NCBI GenBank assembly: GCA_964646765.1
Contig: CAZYIA010000003.1
Location: forward strand, 66,815-130,814
From: an uncultured Candidatus Saccharibacteria bacterium
Lineage (GTDB): Bacteria > Patescibacteriota > Minisyncoccia > Phycocordibacterales > UBA9973
DNA: 64,000 nt
Reading direction: 5' to 3'
Below the pieces are notes generated by a model. The model did not search any database. It saw only the letters and a program-made list of their open reading frames with translations, and was not told where the DNA came from. Below are positions 9,719 through 19,330 of this stretch, piece after piece. The first letter of the stretch is position 1; each line of letters begins with the position of its first letter. Position numbers and translations under genes: made by a program.

Positions 9719-9784
9719 AGTTTTACTAACCGTTACCTGAAACCGTGATATACTTCAAATACTAGTAATAACGTTTTTTTGCAT

Positions 9785-12082
9785 ATGGTAAAGAAAATCC
9801 TGTTTCCGGTCGCTTTTATTTTTCTTAGTTTTGCTGTAGCTGGTGGCCTGTCGGCTAAAGTTGCTTTTGCTGCACCACAGTGTCATGCCATTGCTACGGG
9901 TAATTGGAGCGACCCTGCCATCTGGAGCAACTGTCATGGTGTTGGTGGTCTTCCAGACGCAACCGATATTGTAAGTATTTCTACTGATTCAATAGTTACT
10001 GTTGACGTCTCTAATGCTGTAGCCCGATCATTATATGTTTATGATTCTGTAAATGCTTCACGTGGCTATACGTTTACCCCCTCAGGAGTTCTTACGGTTA
10101 CCGATTACGCTACCCTTTCTGGATCAAGTGGTTCAGGGTCACAATTCATAAACGTTGGCGACGGTACTCTTATTCTCGGGGGAAATCTTCGTATAGATGG
10201 AGGGATTCTTGGTACAGCAACCGTAACTGTTAACAATGGCACTCTTACTGTTGGAGGAAGTATTCTGATGTCAGGTGGCCTAAATGCAAGTCTAGTTTCA
10301 ACTGGAACGAGTACTATCAATGTTGGAGGAGACTTAACCAATGGAGTGTTAACAACCTCAGGAACTGGAACGATAAATTTTAATGGAACTGGGGCCCAGG
10401 AGGTTTCTCCATATGCTACTTTTAATAACGTTATCATCTCGAATACTGGTGGTACTGTAACCATTGATTCAGGAGCCACTGTTATTGGCGGGGACTTATC
10501 TGTTACCTCTGGAGATCTTTATCTTGATGGTGGAACACTTGATGTTTTAGGAGATACCACAATTTCGAGTGGTGCTACATGGAGTGAAGGACCAGGTATG
10601 GCGGTTACTTTTGCTGGGAATCTCGAAAATGAAGGAACGTTTACTGCTGATACTGGTAACCATACGTTTACTGGGACTGGTAAAACAATTAGTGGAGGAA
10701 GTGGAATAGATATTCCTAATTTAGTTATTAGTGGAACTATTACTAACCACAATACTCATGCCCTCACAGCATCTTCCAGCCTATCAGGCGCCGGCACCCT
10801 CACTAATGCTAGTAGTGCAATCTTAGAAATTGGTGGAGATCTTACTATTACTACACTTGTTGCCTCTATTCCTGGTAACTTTGTGAAATACACTAAAGCG
10901 GGTGATCAAACAATTCGGGCGATCGAGTACAGCCTCCTTGCGGTGAAAAATGGGGGAGTGAAAACTATTCCTTCTGGTATTACTGTTGATTTTGCTCTAG
11001 TTATCAATGTGGGAAATGTCGTTGATTTGACGGGAACAACAACCACTCAGGTTCTGTATATGAATAATGCTAGCCAAGATGTTGGCTCTTGGGGTGCGAC
11101 TGGATCAGGGGCTGCAAATATTAACGACACCTTCTTTTCTGGAACCGGAACGGTTAATGTCACTGGTCTGACGGCAACCATTACTATCGACAGTATTTCA
11201 AATGATACCGGCGTTTCTTCGTCTGATTTTATTACCAAAACTGCAGGACAAACAGTGAATGTAACGATGAGTTTCCCCTATATTTCTGGAGAAACAGTTG
11301 AAGGTTCTGTTGATGGAGGAGCAACCTATACTAATATCAGCAGCATGGCTTCTGGAACGTCGGTTGTTTGGACTGGAGTGACATTGGCTAGTGGAACAAA
11401 CACGCTGAAAGTACGAGTTACACTTGCTCCTTCAGATATTTCTGGAACACAGGTTTATACACTTGATACTGATGCTCCAGGAACTATCGCAGCGACACCG
11501 AGCGCTGGGACATTTTCGTCATCTCAGAGCGTAACGCTCAGTTCCTCAGGAGCTACGACTGTGTACTATACGACTGATGGCACTTCTCCTTCGTGCTCAT
11601 CAGGTACACTATACTCTGGGCCGATCACTGTTTCTTCATCCGAAACTATAAACGCGATTGCTTGTGATGATGCTGGTAATGAAACGACTGGATCGTTTAC
11701 CTATACGATACACACTGGTGGGGGATCAGTATTTCTTATTCCTACTTTGCCAGTCATATCAGCTAACCTTTTAGGAAATTTGACTCAGCCACAAACCACT
11801 ACAGGTAGAGCAGGTGAACAGAATACTTCAAAAGAGTTATTCCCAAAGAATTTGTATAAAGGCATGACTGACCCTGATGTGAAGCGTCTCCAAGAGTATC
11901 TTAATGGCACATCATTTATGGTTGCGAAAACCGGCCCAGGATCTCCAGGACATGAAACTTCTCGCTTTGGTCCTGCTACGGCAAAGGCGTTAATGCTCTT
12001 CCAAAAGAGTATCGGTATTACACCGGCAACTGGTGGTTTTGGACCAAAGACGAGAGCGTACGTAAACACACATTCTCACTAA
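9785..12082 (+). CDS. Secreted beta-helix-repeat surface protein with chitobiase/hexosaminidase C-terminal-like domain and C-terminal peptidoglycan-binding domain
   Basis: Signal peptide (MVKKILFPVAFIFLSFAVAGGLSAKVAFAAP). Gly/Thr-rich parallel beta-helix-like repeats. TVYYTTDGTSPSCSSGTLYSGPITVSSSETINAIACDDAGNETTGSF resembles the CHB_HEX_C_1 fold. The C-terminus is PG_binding_1-like (DVKRLQEYLN...FQKSIGITPATGGFGPKTRAYV). Confidence 0.8.
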   Translation: MVKKILFPVAFIFLSFAVAGGLSAKVAFAAPQCHAIATGNWSDPAIWSNCHGVGGLPDATDIVSISTDSIVTVDVSNAVARSLYVYDSVNASRGYTFTPSGVLTVTDYATLSGSSGSGSQFINVGDGTLILGGNLRIDGGILGTATVTVNNGTLTVGGSILMSGGLNASLVSTGTSTINVGGDLTNGVLTTSGTGTINFNGTGAQEVSPYATFNNVIISNTGGTVTIDSGATVIGGDLSVTSGDLYLDGGTLDVLGDTTISSGATWSEGPGMAVTFAGNLENEGTFTADTGNHTFTGTGKTISGGSGIDIPNLVISGTITNHNTHALTASSSLSGAGTLTNASSAILEIGGDLTITTLVASIPGNFVKYTKAGDQTIRAIEYSLLAVKNGGVKTIPSGITVDFALVINVGNVVDLTGTTTTQVLYMNNASQDVGSWGATGSGAANINDTFFSGTGTVNVTGLTATITIDSISNDTGVSSSDFITKTAGQTVNVTMSFPYISGETVEGSVDGGATYTNISSMASGTSVVWTGVTLASGTNTLKVRVTLAPSDISGTQVYTLDTDAPGTIAATPSAGTFSSSQSVTLSSSGATTVYYTTDGTSPSCSSGTLYSGPITVSSSETINAIACDDAGNETTGSFTYTIHTGGGSVFLIPTLPVISANLLGNLTQPQTTTGRAGEQNTSKELFPKNLYKGMTDPDVKRLQEYLNGTSFMVAKTGPGSPGHETSRFGPATAKALMLFQKSIGITPATGGFGPKTRAYVNTHSH

Positions 12083-12089
12083 ATGAAAA

Positions 12090-12122
12090 TAAAAAAACTG
12101 GAGCCAAGGCTCCAGTTTTTTT
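12090..12122. terminator. Bidirectional rho-independent terminator between convergent genes
   Basis: A7-CTGGAGCC-aa-GGCTCCAG-T7. Confidence 0.8.
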
Positions 12123-12123
12123 A

Positions 12124-12531
12124 TTAGTCTTTCTTTTTAAGAATTTCAAGAATCTTATCTAGTTTTTCAACTTCAATACTATTTAACCGAACCTGAAGCG
12201 CCTCGATTTCCTTCTTTGCTTCAAGGTTTGTTTGAAAATCTTCAAGTGCCTGAGCCCGGTCACGCTCATTCTGGCGGTTCTGCGCCATCATAATAATTGG
12301 CGCCGCGTAGGCAGCTTGTGTTGAAAAGAGAAGGTTGAGAAGAATAAATGGATACGGGTCCCAGTGGTGGGTATAGCCATAGAGGTTGAGCCCCATCCAG
12401 AGTATGACAAAAAGGGTTTGGCTGATAATGAAACCCCACGATCCCATACCGTTAGCAACAGCATCGGCAATTTTTTGGCCGATGGTGAGCGTTTCTCGAT
12501 GCTTCTCGTGCCATGTTTTTTCTCTTTTCAT
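12124..12531 (-). CDS. DUF1003-family membrane protein
   Basis: GSWxFIIxQTxxxxxWMxLN...LLNLxxSxQAAYAAPIIMMAQNRQxxRD followed by a coiled-coil tail. Start taken at the internal Met (MKREKTW) to avoid overlap with the divergent ABC gene. Confidence 0.7.
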   Translation of the reverse strand: MKREKTWHEKHRETLTIGQKIADAVANGMGSWGFIISQTLFVILWMGLNLYGYTHHWDPYPFILLNLLFSTQAAYAAPIIMMAQNRQNERDRAQALEDFQTNLEAKKEIEALQVRLNSIEVEKLDKILEILKKKD

Positions 12532-12599
12532 ATATCTTGAAGTATAGCGTGCAAAAGCTTGAGGCTCCAACATGTTATACTACAAAGGCTTTTCTCTCT

Positions 12600-14402
12600 A
12601 TGTCGAAAGATTATGTCCACTTAAATCGCGGGTTGGTGCTCTCCTATTTTTGGAAGGTAATTCGTCAGTTTCCGCGAACCTTTTATTCTGTCGTTTTTTG
12701 CACCATCATTGTCGGTGTTTTGGATGTCTATATTCCATTTCAGTATTTAAAGCTTTGGAACATTCTTTCGGGAGTAACTTCCGGTGGAGCTCACGCTGCT
12801 CGTAATATTATTTTCTATATTTTGGCTTGGAATATTGTTCGACACCTTTTTCGTCGGTACGTTACTTTCGCGAATGATTACTTTCAAGCAGGAGTTATGG
12901 CAGGGCTTCGAAAGCAAGCCTTTGGATATATGATCGGGCATTCGCACGCGTTTTTTGCTTCATCATTTGGCGGCAGCTTAGTCCAAAAAGTAAATAAATA
13001 CGCGCGAGCATTTGAAAAACTGATGGACAAGTTTGTCACGGAAGGACTTCCGCTGTTAGTAAAAAGCGTTGGTACAGTTATTGCTATCTACACCTTAAGT
13101 CACACGTATGCCTTCATTATTACGATTTTCACCTCCATTTTTATTCTAACCGGATTTATTTATACTCGGTTTAAATTAAAATACGATGTTATTGCCGCAG
13201 AAAGCGATACGCATACCACTGGAGCACTTGCTGATTCCATTACTAACCACGCATCTATTCAACTATTCACAGGGCATACTTATGAGCGTACTCGCGTCGG
13301 AGAGGTAATTGAAGAGCAGCGCCAAGCAACTGTCTTTAACTGGTATTTGTGGGATGGATTGAATGCTATCCAAGCAAGTTATATTGTCGCCACAGAATTT
13401 ATATTAATGTGGATTGCTATTGGTGATTGGGAGAATGGGATAACAACTGTTGCAGTATTCGTACTTCTTCAAAACTATTTTATCCGACTGGGTGAAAATC
13501 TCTGGAACTTCTCAAGTCTTGTGCGAGCATTTTATGACTCCTTTGCTGATGCCCAAGAAATGGTACAGATTTTTGAAAAACCATACAGTGTGGATGATGA
13601 ACACGCAGCGAAAAAATTAAAAACGGTTTCAGGCACGGTTGCCTTTAATGACGTTACCTATATTTACGATAGCAATACTCGGCCAGTTATTGATCATCTC
13701 TCAATTACTATTCCTCAAGGTCAAAAAATTGCCCTTGTTGGAACTTCAGGAGCAGGGAAGTCAACTTTCGTTCGTCTTATTATGCGCCTTTTTGATGTAA
13801 CCCGTGGCAGTATTACGATAGATGGTATTGATATTCGCACCGTTACCCAAGAAAGTCTCCGTGAACAAATAGCTTTTGTGCCGCAAGATCCAGTGCTCTT
13901 CCATCGAACACTGACCGAAAATATTCGCTACGGTCGTCGCGATGCAACTGACGAAGAAGTTCGCCGAGCTGCGACGCTTGCTCACTGTGATGAATTTATT
14001 GATAGGTTACCACTTGGCTATGATACATACGTAGGTGAGCGTGGTATCAAACTTTCAGGTGGAGAACGTCAGCGTATTGCCATTGCTCGGGCTATTTTAA
14101 AAAATGCTCCGATCTTGGTGCTCGACGAAGCAACCAGTTCGCTCGATTCGCATTCAGAAGTACTTATTCAGGATGCGCTTCATACGCTTATTCAAGGAAA
14201 AACAACGATTGTCATTGCTCATCGACTTTCTACTATTCGAGAAATGGATCGTATCATTGTGCTCGAAAACGGTCGCATACTTGAAGAGGGAACTCATGAT
14301 AGTTTACTTCGCAAGCGCACCAGTCAGTATAAGAAGCTCTGGGACATTCAAGCGAAAGGATTTTCGAAAAAGCGAGAGATGACTGACTCCGTTCTAGTAT
14401 GA
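12600..14402 (+). CDS. ABC transporter, fused permease/ATPase (MsbA/exporter type)
   Basis: Six-TM N-terminal domain. Walker A GTSGAGKST, ABC signature LSGGERQRIAIARA, Walker B ILVLDEATSSLD, H-loop IAHRLST. Confidence 0.9.
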   Translation: MSKDYVHLNRGLVLSYFWKVIRQFPRTFYSVVFCTIIVGVLDVYIPFQYLKLWNILSGVTSGGAHAARNIIFYILAWNIVRHLFRRYVTFANDYFQAGVMAGLRKQAFGYMIGHSHAFFASSFGGSLVQKVNKYARAFEKLMDKFVTEGLPLLVKSVGTVIAIYTLSHTYAFIITIFTSIFILTGFIYTRFKLKYDVIAAESDTHTTGALADSITNHASIQLFTGHTYERTRVGEVIEEQRQATVFNWYLWDGLNAIQASYIVATEFILMWIAIGDWENGITTVAVFVLLQNYFIRLGENLWNFSSLVRAFYDSFADAQEMVQIFEKPYSVDDEHAAKKLKTVSGTVAFNDVTYIYDSNTRPVIDHLSITIPQGQKIALVGTSGAGKSTFVRLIMRLFDVTRGSITIDGIDIRTVTQESLREQIAFVPQDPVLFHRTLTENIRYGRRDATDEEVRRAATLAHCDEFIDRLPLGYDTYVGERGIKLSGGERQRIAIARAILKNAPILVLDEATSSLDSHSEVLIQDALHTLIQGKTTIVIAHRLSTIREMDRIIVLENGRILEEGTHDSLLRKRTSQYKKLWDIQAKGFSKKREMTDSVLV

Positions 14403-15289
14403 ACGACGCTCGTGCAAAGCAGGGAATAGTGTACGCAGTACTTTCAAATATCCTCTGGGCATTTTTTCCAGTACTGACACTCGTAACTTACCGGGCATTT
14501 CCTTCATTGCTTGCGCTTGCCGTTACAACCGGAATTGCTGCCGTGTTTTTTCTGCTCGTCATGCTTACTCGTAACAAGATGCATGAACTGCGCACACCAA
14601 AACTTTTCTACTATATTTTTTTCATCACTCTTTTTATTGCAATTGGCGGCTACGGATTTTATTACTGGGGGCTTACCTATACGTCGCCCGGAAATGCCGG
14701 CATAATTGGACTATTTGAAGTCTTTACCTCATTTTTATTTTTCAATCTTTTTCATAAGGAAGCATTCTCAAAGGTTCACATGATCGGAGCTTTCTGTATG
14801 ATCCTCGGTGCGCTTGTTGTGCTTTTGCCGAAATCTGGCGGCGGAGTGAGTGCAGGTTCGCTCCTTATTCTGGTTTCAACGATGATTGCTCCGTTTGGTA
14901 ACCGATTTCAGCAAAAAGCTCGCGCCATTGCTTCTGGCGAAACAATTATGTTTCTGCGAAATACTTTTGCGACTCTCGTCTTTCTAGTTCTCGCGTTTCT
15001 TTTTAAACAAACAACTCTCTCAGGCCCTCTTACGAGCACGGTTATCATTGCTCTTTTTGCTAATGCCGTACTTATTTTCGGAATTTCAAAACTGTTTTTT
15101 ATTGAGGCGATCCATAGACTTACTGTCACTCGGGTGATTGCCATTTCCAGTTTGGCGCCGTTCATCACCCTCTTTGTTGCATGGTGGTTTCTTCAAATTA
15201 AGCCTGAACCGATCCAGTTTCTAGCTCTTCTGCCGTTAGCGCTTGGTGTGCTATTGCTCACCGATCAGTTTCCACTTCAAAAAACATAG
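14399..15289 (+). CDS. DMT/EamA-like 10-TM transporter
   Basis: Two halves of five TM helices each, overlapping the ABC gene stop (ATGA). Family assignment from topology only. Confidence 0.55.
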   Translation: MNDARAKQGIVYAVLSNILWAFFPVLTLVTYRAFPSLLALAVTTGIAAVFFLLVMLTRNKMHELRTPKLFYYIFFITLFIAIGGYGFYYWGLTYTSPGNAGIIGLFEVFTSFLFFNLFHKEAFSKVHMIGAFCMILGALVVLLPKSGGGVSAGSLLILVSTMIAPFGNRFQQKARAIASGETIMFLRNTFATLVFLVLAFLFKQTTLSGPLTSTVIIALFANAVLIFGISKLFFIEAIHRLTVTRVIAISSLAPFITLFVAWWFLQIKPEPIQFLALLPLALGVLLLTDQFPLQKT

Positions 15290-15325
15290 CTTCCTACTTT
15301 AGGATCGTGGTAGAATAAAACCACT

Positions 15326-17074
15326 ATGATCCATCAGGAACTTCTCTTTTACGTAAAAGAACAGCAAAAGCGTGGCGTGCCAAACGCTTCAATTAAAGAA
15401 GTACTCATGCGTGAAGGCGGCTGGAATGAAGCTGATATTGATGAAGTGTTTCGTTTTGCGGTTGCTCCGACAACTCCTCTTCAACCAGCATCCGTTCAAA
15501 CGTCCACTGTTTCTTCGGTGGCACCAGCTACAAGCACCACAACCACTGCGCCTATTTCTCAACCAGTTAGTAGTGTTGCTCAAAAGCCAGCCGAGCTTGT
15601 ACCATCACAGCCGGTAACTCCCATTTCAACGACTATTGGATCAGCAGCAACTATAGCGGCTCCACTCGTACCGTCAATGAATGAGCCAAAACCAATGATG
15701 TCATCGCCATATGCACCTACAAAAGCAGGAGCAGTACCAGCATTTTCGGGAATGGAAACTAAGGTGATGCTTGAAAAAGCTAAGCCGCGAAAAAGTCGCG
15801 CAGGAATATTTGCCGTTATTTTGGTAGTTATTCTTCTGGGAGGAGCTGGTGCCTACGCCTATACGAACTATGTAAGTCCATCACCAAATGTGGCCTTTGC
15901 TCGAGGAGCTTCAGCATTTGCAAAACAATCAACATTCCGTTTTTCATTTGACGCCACATCACCAAATCTTTCACCAGCACTCTTCTCGTTTTTGCCAGCC
16001 GAAGCAACTCCAACTGAAACAGCTAACCAGGAAGTTGCCGTTGATACGTCGTCGAAACTTTCTCTTTCGGGGACAGTTGCTCCTAGTGGTACACCCAAAT
16101 ATACACTTACTGGGTCACTTGTAACTCCCTCAGTTCCAGTAACTGTTTCTGTACAAGCAAAAACAGGGGATGGAGGTGTCCTTTTCCAATTTCCTAATCT
16201 CGGCTACTTTATTGAGCGTTTCAATTTACCAAATGATACTCAAGCAGAAACTTGGTATAAGGCAACTGGAGCTGATATAGAAGAAGCAATCAATCCAGGA
16301 TTTGTAGCTCTCCGTGCTCTCGCTCCACTTATTACTCCAGGAGCTAATACTCTGGCAAGTGTTTCAAATCTCCTTGCTAAATATCCAATTCTTGTCCCAA
16401 CAACTTCACTACCACGAGGAACTGATGACGGTTCTTCATATCTCCGTTACCAAGTCACGGTAAGTAAAGAAGCTCTCCGTGCTCTATCACTTGAAGTAAT
16501 TAAACAAGGACAAGGAACAGCGGCAACGGCAGAGCAAACCGCAAGTGTAGATCAGATGCTCGAGAATCTCACATTCTCAAATGGAGAACTCTGGCTCGCC
16601 CCATTTACTTTTTTGCCACATCGTCTTTCTTTAACCATAACCTCTAAAGCGGGTTCAGGACTCCCGTTCGATAGTATCAATACTATGCTGACACTGTCTG
16701 GTTACGGCGATGCATTCCCAGTTGAAGCTACGCCAGCATCTACTACTTCAGTCAGAGATGTCATAGATAGTGCTGTTACAAAGCAGAAAGATGCTAGTGT
16801 TCAATCACTTATGTCTCAGTCACGAGTAGAAGCTGAAATGTTTTATGGTAAGCGTCGCTCTTACTACAACTTATGTAAGGGATCAACGGAACTTGTTGGA
16901 ACTTTTGCCGAAATTAAAACTATTACCGGCACTGACCCAACTTGTGTCGCTACTGCGCGTGCGTATGCGATTGCAACGCCGCTTCCAAGTGATACTACGA
17001 AGATTGCCTGTGTTGATAGTTCTGGAACTAATGGTACGGTGTCTTCTGTTCCAACAAAGACGGTATGCCAGTAA
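15326..17074 (+). CDS. Hypothetical membrane-anchored protein (cytosolic N-domain, Ser/Thr/Pro-rich linker, single TM, large extracytoplasmic domain)
   Basis: TM segment IFAVILVVILLGGAGAYAY after a low-complexity linker. No family recognised. Confidence 0.5.
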   Translation: MIHQELLFYVKEQQKRGVPNASIKEVLMREGGWNEADIDEVFRFAVAPTTPLQPASVQTSTVSSVAPATSTTTTAPISQPVSSVAQKPAELVPSQPVTPISTTIGSAATIAAPLVPSMNEPKPMMSSPYAPTKAGAVPAFSGMETKVMLEKAKPRKSRAGIFAVILVVILLGGAGAYAYTNYVSPSPNVAFARGASAFAKQSTFRFSFDATSPNLSPALFSFLPAEATPTETANQEVAVDTSSKLSLSGTVAPSGTPKYTLTGSLVTPSVPVTVSVQAKTGDGGVLFQFPNLGYFIERFNLPNDTQAETWYKATGADIEEAINPGFVALRALAPLITPGANTLASVSNLLAKYPILVPTTSLPRGTDDGSSYLRYQVTVSKEALRALSLEVIKQGQGTAATAEQTASVDQMLENLTFSNGELWLAPFTFLPHRLSLTITSKAGSGLPFDSINTMLTLSGYGDAFPVEATPASTTSVRDVIDSAVTKQKDASVQSLMSQSRVEAEMFYGKRRSYYNLCKGSTELVGTFAEIKTITGTDPTCVATARAYAIATPLPSDTTKIACVDSSGTNGTVSSVPTKTVCQ

Positions 17075-17256
17075 TTGGTTCGCTCCAAGAAACAGTCACC
17101 CTTCGCTTAATGATTCTTTGCGGAATCGCTCTTGTAGTTTTTGGAATTTTTCTTTCGCAACAGGTAACTATTCTGGCTGCAGATATTGCGTATCATCAGA
17201 CAGAAAATGAACATGCGTTAAACGAAACAGGAACTATAAAAAATCTCACCCAATGA
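17065..17256 (+). CDS. Small single-TM protein, translationally coupled (ATGCCAGTAA overlap) to the upstream gene
   Basis: 63 aa with one hydrophobic helix. Start and stop overlap the flanking genes. Confidence 0.35.
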   Translation: MPVIGSLQETVTLRLMILCGIALVVFGIFLSQQVTILAADIAYHQTENEHALNETGTIKNLTQ

Positions 17257-17597
17257 GCCTCTCAAACAAAAAATGTGTTCCGTGTGAGGACCCAAACAAA
17301 AGTTATTTACTCTCTCAAGATGCGCAAACCAACCTGCTTAATGAACTTACTGGCTGGAGCGTAGATGGTGATGGAAAAAGTATCAGTAAGGAGTATCACT
17401 TCTCAGATTTTGTCCACGCCCTTTCATTTGTAAACCAGGTAGGGGATGTTGCTGAAGGAGAAGGGCATCATCCGGATATTGCCATATGGTACAATCGAGT
17501 ACGCCTCACTCTTACCACGCATTCACAAGGGGGACTTACTGAAAACGATTTTATTGTAGCTAGCAAGATTGATACGATAACTGAAGCGCTCGCCTAA
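17253..17597 (+). CDS. Pterin-4a-carbinolamine dehydratase (PCD/DCoH)
   Basis: EGHHPDIAIWYNRVRLTLTTHSxGGLTENDFIxASKID matches the PCD signature ([EDKH]HHP...W..V.L.TH). Confidence 0.85.
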   Translation: MSLSNKKCVPCEDPNKSYLLSQDAQTNLLNELTGWSVDGDGKSISKEYHFSDFVHALSFVNQVGDVAEGEGHHPDIAIWYNRVRLTLTTHSQGGLTENDFIVASKIDTITEALA

Positions 17598-17608
17598 TTG
17601 TAGTTTCT

Positions 17609-18607
17609 ATGTATATTCTTCTTGATTCCGCATCACTTGTACTTGGCCTCATGGGCTTCGGTATTGCTCAGCATATTTATGGTAAAAAGCGAAGCGGTAA
17701 GACCCTCGTTTGTCCACTTCGATCAAATTGCAATCTCGTCATTAACTCTGACTATTCCAAATTTTTTGGTATCCCAGTTGAGATTCTTGGCATGGTGTAT
17801 TATGGCACCGTCGTTGTATACCATCTTGCTCATATTCTTTTTCCGGAAATACTAGGTTCCTCTGTTATTCTCGCGGCACTTGCCTTCTCTACTATTGCTT
17901 TTCTTTTTTCCATGTACCTCACCGCAGTACAGGCTTTTATTCTTAAGCAGTGGTGCGCGTGGTGTTTAACTTCTGCTGGCCTCTCGCTCTCCATATTCCT
18001 GCTCACTATTTTTGCGACACCCATACCAATTGCAGTATTGCTTGGAGAGCATACCCGTTTGTTTACTATTTTACATTTGGCTGGGGTTGCCATCGGTGTT
18101 GGGTCGGCAACAGTTACCGACGTCTTATTCTTTCGATTTTTGCATGATTACCGCATCTCTTTAGAGGAAAGTAGCGTCATGCAGGTACTCTCTCAGGTTA
18201 TTTGGGCAGCTCTGGTTATCTTGATCCTTTCCGGTATCTCTCTCTTTATTCCTTCATCTGAACGTTTGCTCGATTCTGGAAAATTTATCACTAAAATGAT
18301 AGGGATTGGCGTTTTGATTATCAACGGATTTGTCTTAAATGGCATTATCGCGCCTAAACTCGTACAGATTTCTTTTGCCGACGAAAATAGTCCAGAACTT
18401 CGCCGTATGCGCAAATTAGCATTTGCCTGCGGAGCAATTTCTATCACTACTTGGTATTTTGTCTTCATTCTTGGAGCCCTTCGTGGGGTTACATTCCCGT
18501 TTCTTCCTTTGTTTTTATTGTATATTGTTCTTTTCCTATTTGCAGTTACTGGAAGCCAGATTGCTGAGTATCTGGTTTCTAAAAAACAGTTTCCAGGAAT
18601 GGAGTAA
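17609..18607 (+). CDS. VKOR (vitamin K epoxide reductase) domain membrane protein fused to an extra C-terminal polytopic domain
   Basis: Loop cysteine pair CPLRSNC, then GIPVEILGMVYY, then the active-site CxxC (KQWCAWCLTSAG) at the start of a TM helix. About 170 additional C-terminal residues add 4-5 more TM helices. Confidence 0.7.
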   Translation: MYILLDSASLVLGLMGFGIAQHIYGKKRSGKTLVCPLRSNCNLVINSDYSKFFGIPVEILGMVYYGTVVVYHLAHILFPEILGSSVILAALAFSTIAFLFSMYLTAVQAFILKQWCAWCLTSAGLSLSIFLLTIFATPIPIAVLLGEHTRLFTILHLAGVAIGVGSATVTDVLFFRFLHDYRISLEESSVMQVLSQVIWAALVILILSGISLFIPSSERLLDSGKFITKMIGIGVLIINGFVLNGIIAPKLVQISFADENSPELRRMRKLAFACGAISITTWYFVFILGALRGVTFPFLPLFLLYIVLFLFAVTGSQIAEYLVSKKQFPGME

Positions 18608-18612
18608 AAGTT

Positions 18613-19113
18613 TTATTCGCTCTTTTCGGTTCCGGCGGCTTTCTCATTAATACTGTCCTCGGCAAGTTCTGAAAGGCGTTCGTCGCCACTTTTTTCTTCT
18701 TCCAATGTTTCACTAAGAAGTTCGTGTGCACGGGCGTGATCCATTGCTTTTGCCCAACTTGAAGCGGTGCCGTAGAGGGCTATTTCTAAATGTTCAATAG
18801 CTTGCACCGAAGCAATAATGATTGCATCGCGCAACGAAAGATCTTCTATCTCAAGTGATGGCTCACTTTCCTCTAGTAGGACATCGAGCGGGGGAAAGGG
18901 AATGCCGTTCGGTTCTTCCCCAAATGATTCAAGAAGTTCACCAACTCGCTCCAATTGTTTTTTGGTTTCTTCGAGATGAGACTCAAGAGCATCTTTTAGT
19001 TCTGAGTCCCGAGCATGTTCAATTCGTCTGGGAACTCGCTTAATGAGTTCTTCCTCAATGTAGTACAGAATATGTAGTTTTTCGATAAAAAGTTTATGAA
19101 ATGTTTCGTTCAT
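18613..19113 (-). CDS. DUF892/YciE-like ferritin-like protein
   Basis: Four-helix-bundle pattern with H..E...L...ET..QLERV and Glu/His ligand spacing as in YciE/YciF. Start at MNETFHK. Confidence 0.65.
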   Translation of the reverse strand: MNETFHKLFIEKLHILYYIEEELIKRVPRRIEHARDSELKDALESHLEETKKQLERVGELLESFGEEPNGIPFPPLDVLLEESEPSLEIEDLSLRDAIIIASVQAIEHLEIALYGTASSWAKAMDHARAHELLSETLEEEKSGDERLSELAEDSINEKAAGTEKSE

Positions 19114-19221
19114 GGTGTAGATATAAAATAGATACAAAGATAGTGAGGAAAGCAAAAACTAGATTTTCCTCGCTATTTTTGGTATAACGAGCACGCTTCA
19201 CCTTGCGTGACGCAGTAGCAT

Positions 19222-19296
19222 GGTGCCCATGGTGTAACGGTTAACACAGAGGTTTGTGGAACCTTTAATTCGAGTTCGATTCTCGATGGGCACCCA
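19222..19296 (+). tRNA. tRNA-His (anticodon GTG) with genome-encoded G-1
   Basis: G-1 plus acceptor GTGCCCA/TGGGCAC, discriminator C. Anticodon stem GAGGT/ACCTT with loop TTGTGGA. T-arm TCGAG-TTCGATT-CTCGA. Confidence 0.85.
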
Positions 19297-19305
19297 AGAC
19301 GAAAC

Positions 19306-19330
19306 AAACGGCAACTACTTGCCGTTTTTT
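19306..19330 (+). terminator. Rho-independent terminator after tRNA-His
   Basis: GGCAA-ctact-TTGCC followed by T6. Confidence 0.7.

Noticed and set aside
1682-12082. Diversity-generating retroelement targeting the repetitive surface proteins
   Set aside because: No reverse-transcriptase ORF and no template/variable repeat pair with adenine-specific mismatches is visible near the locus.
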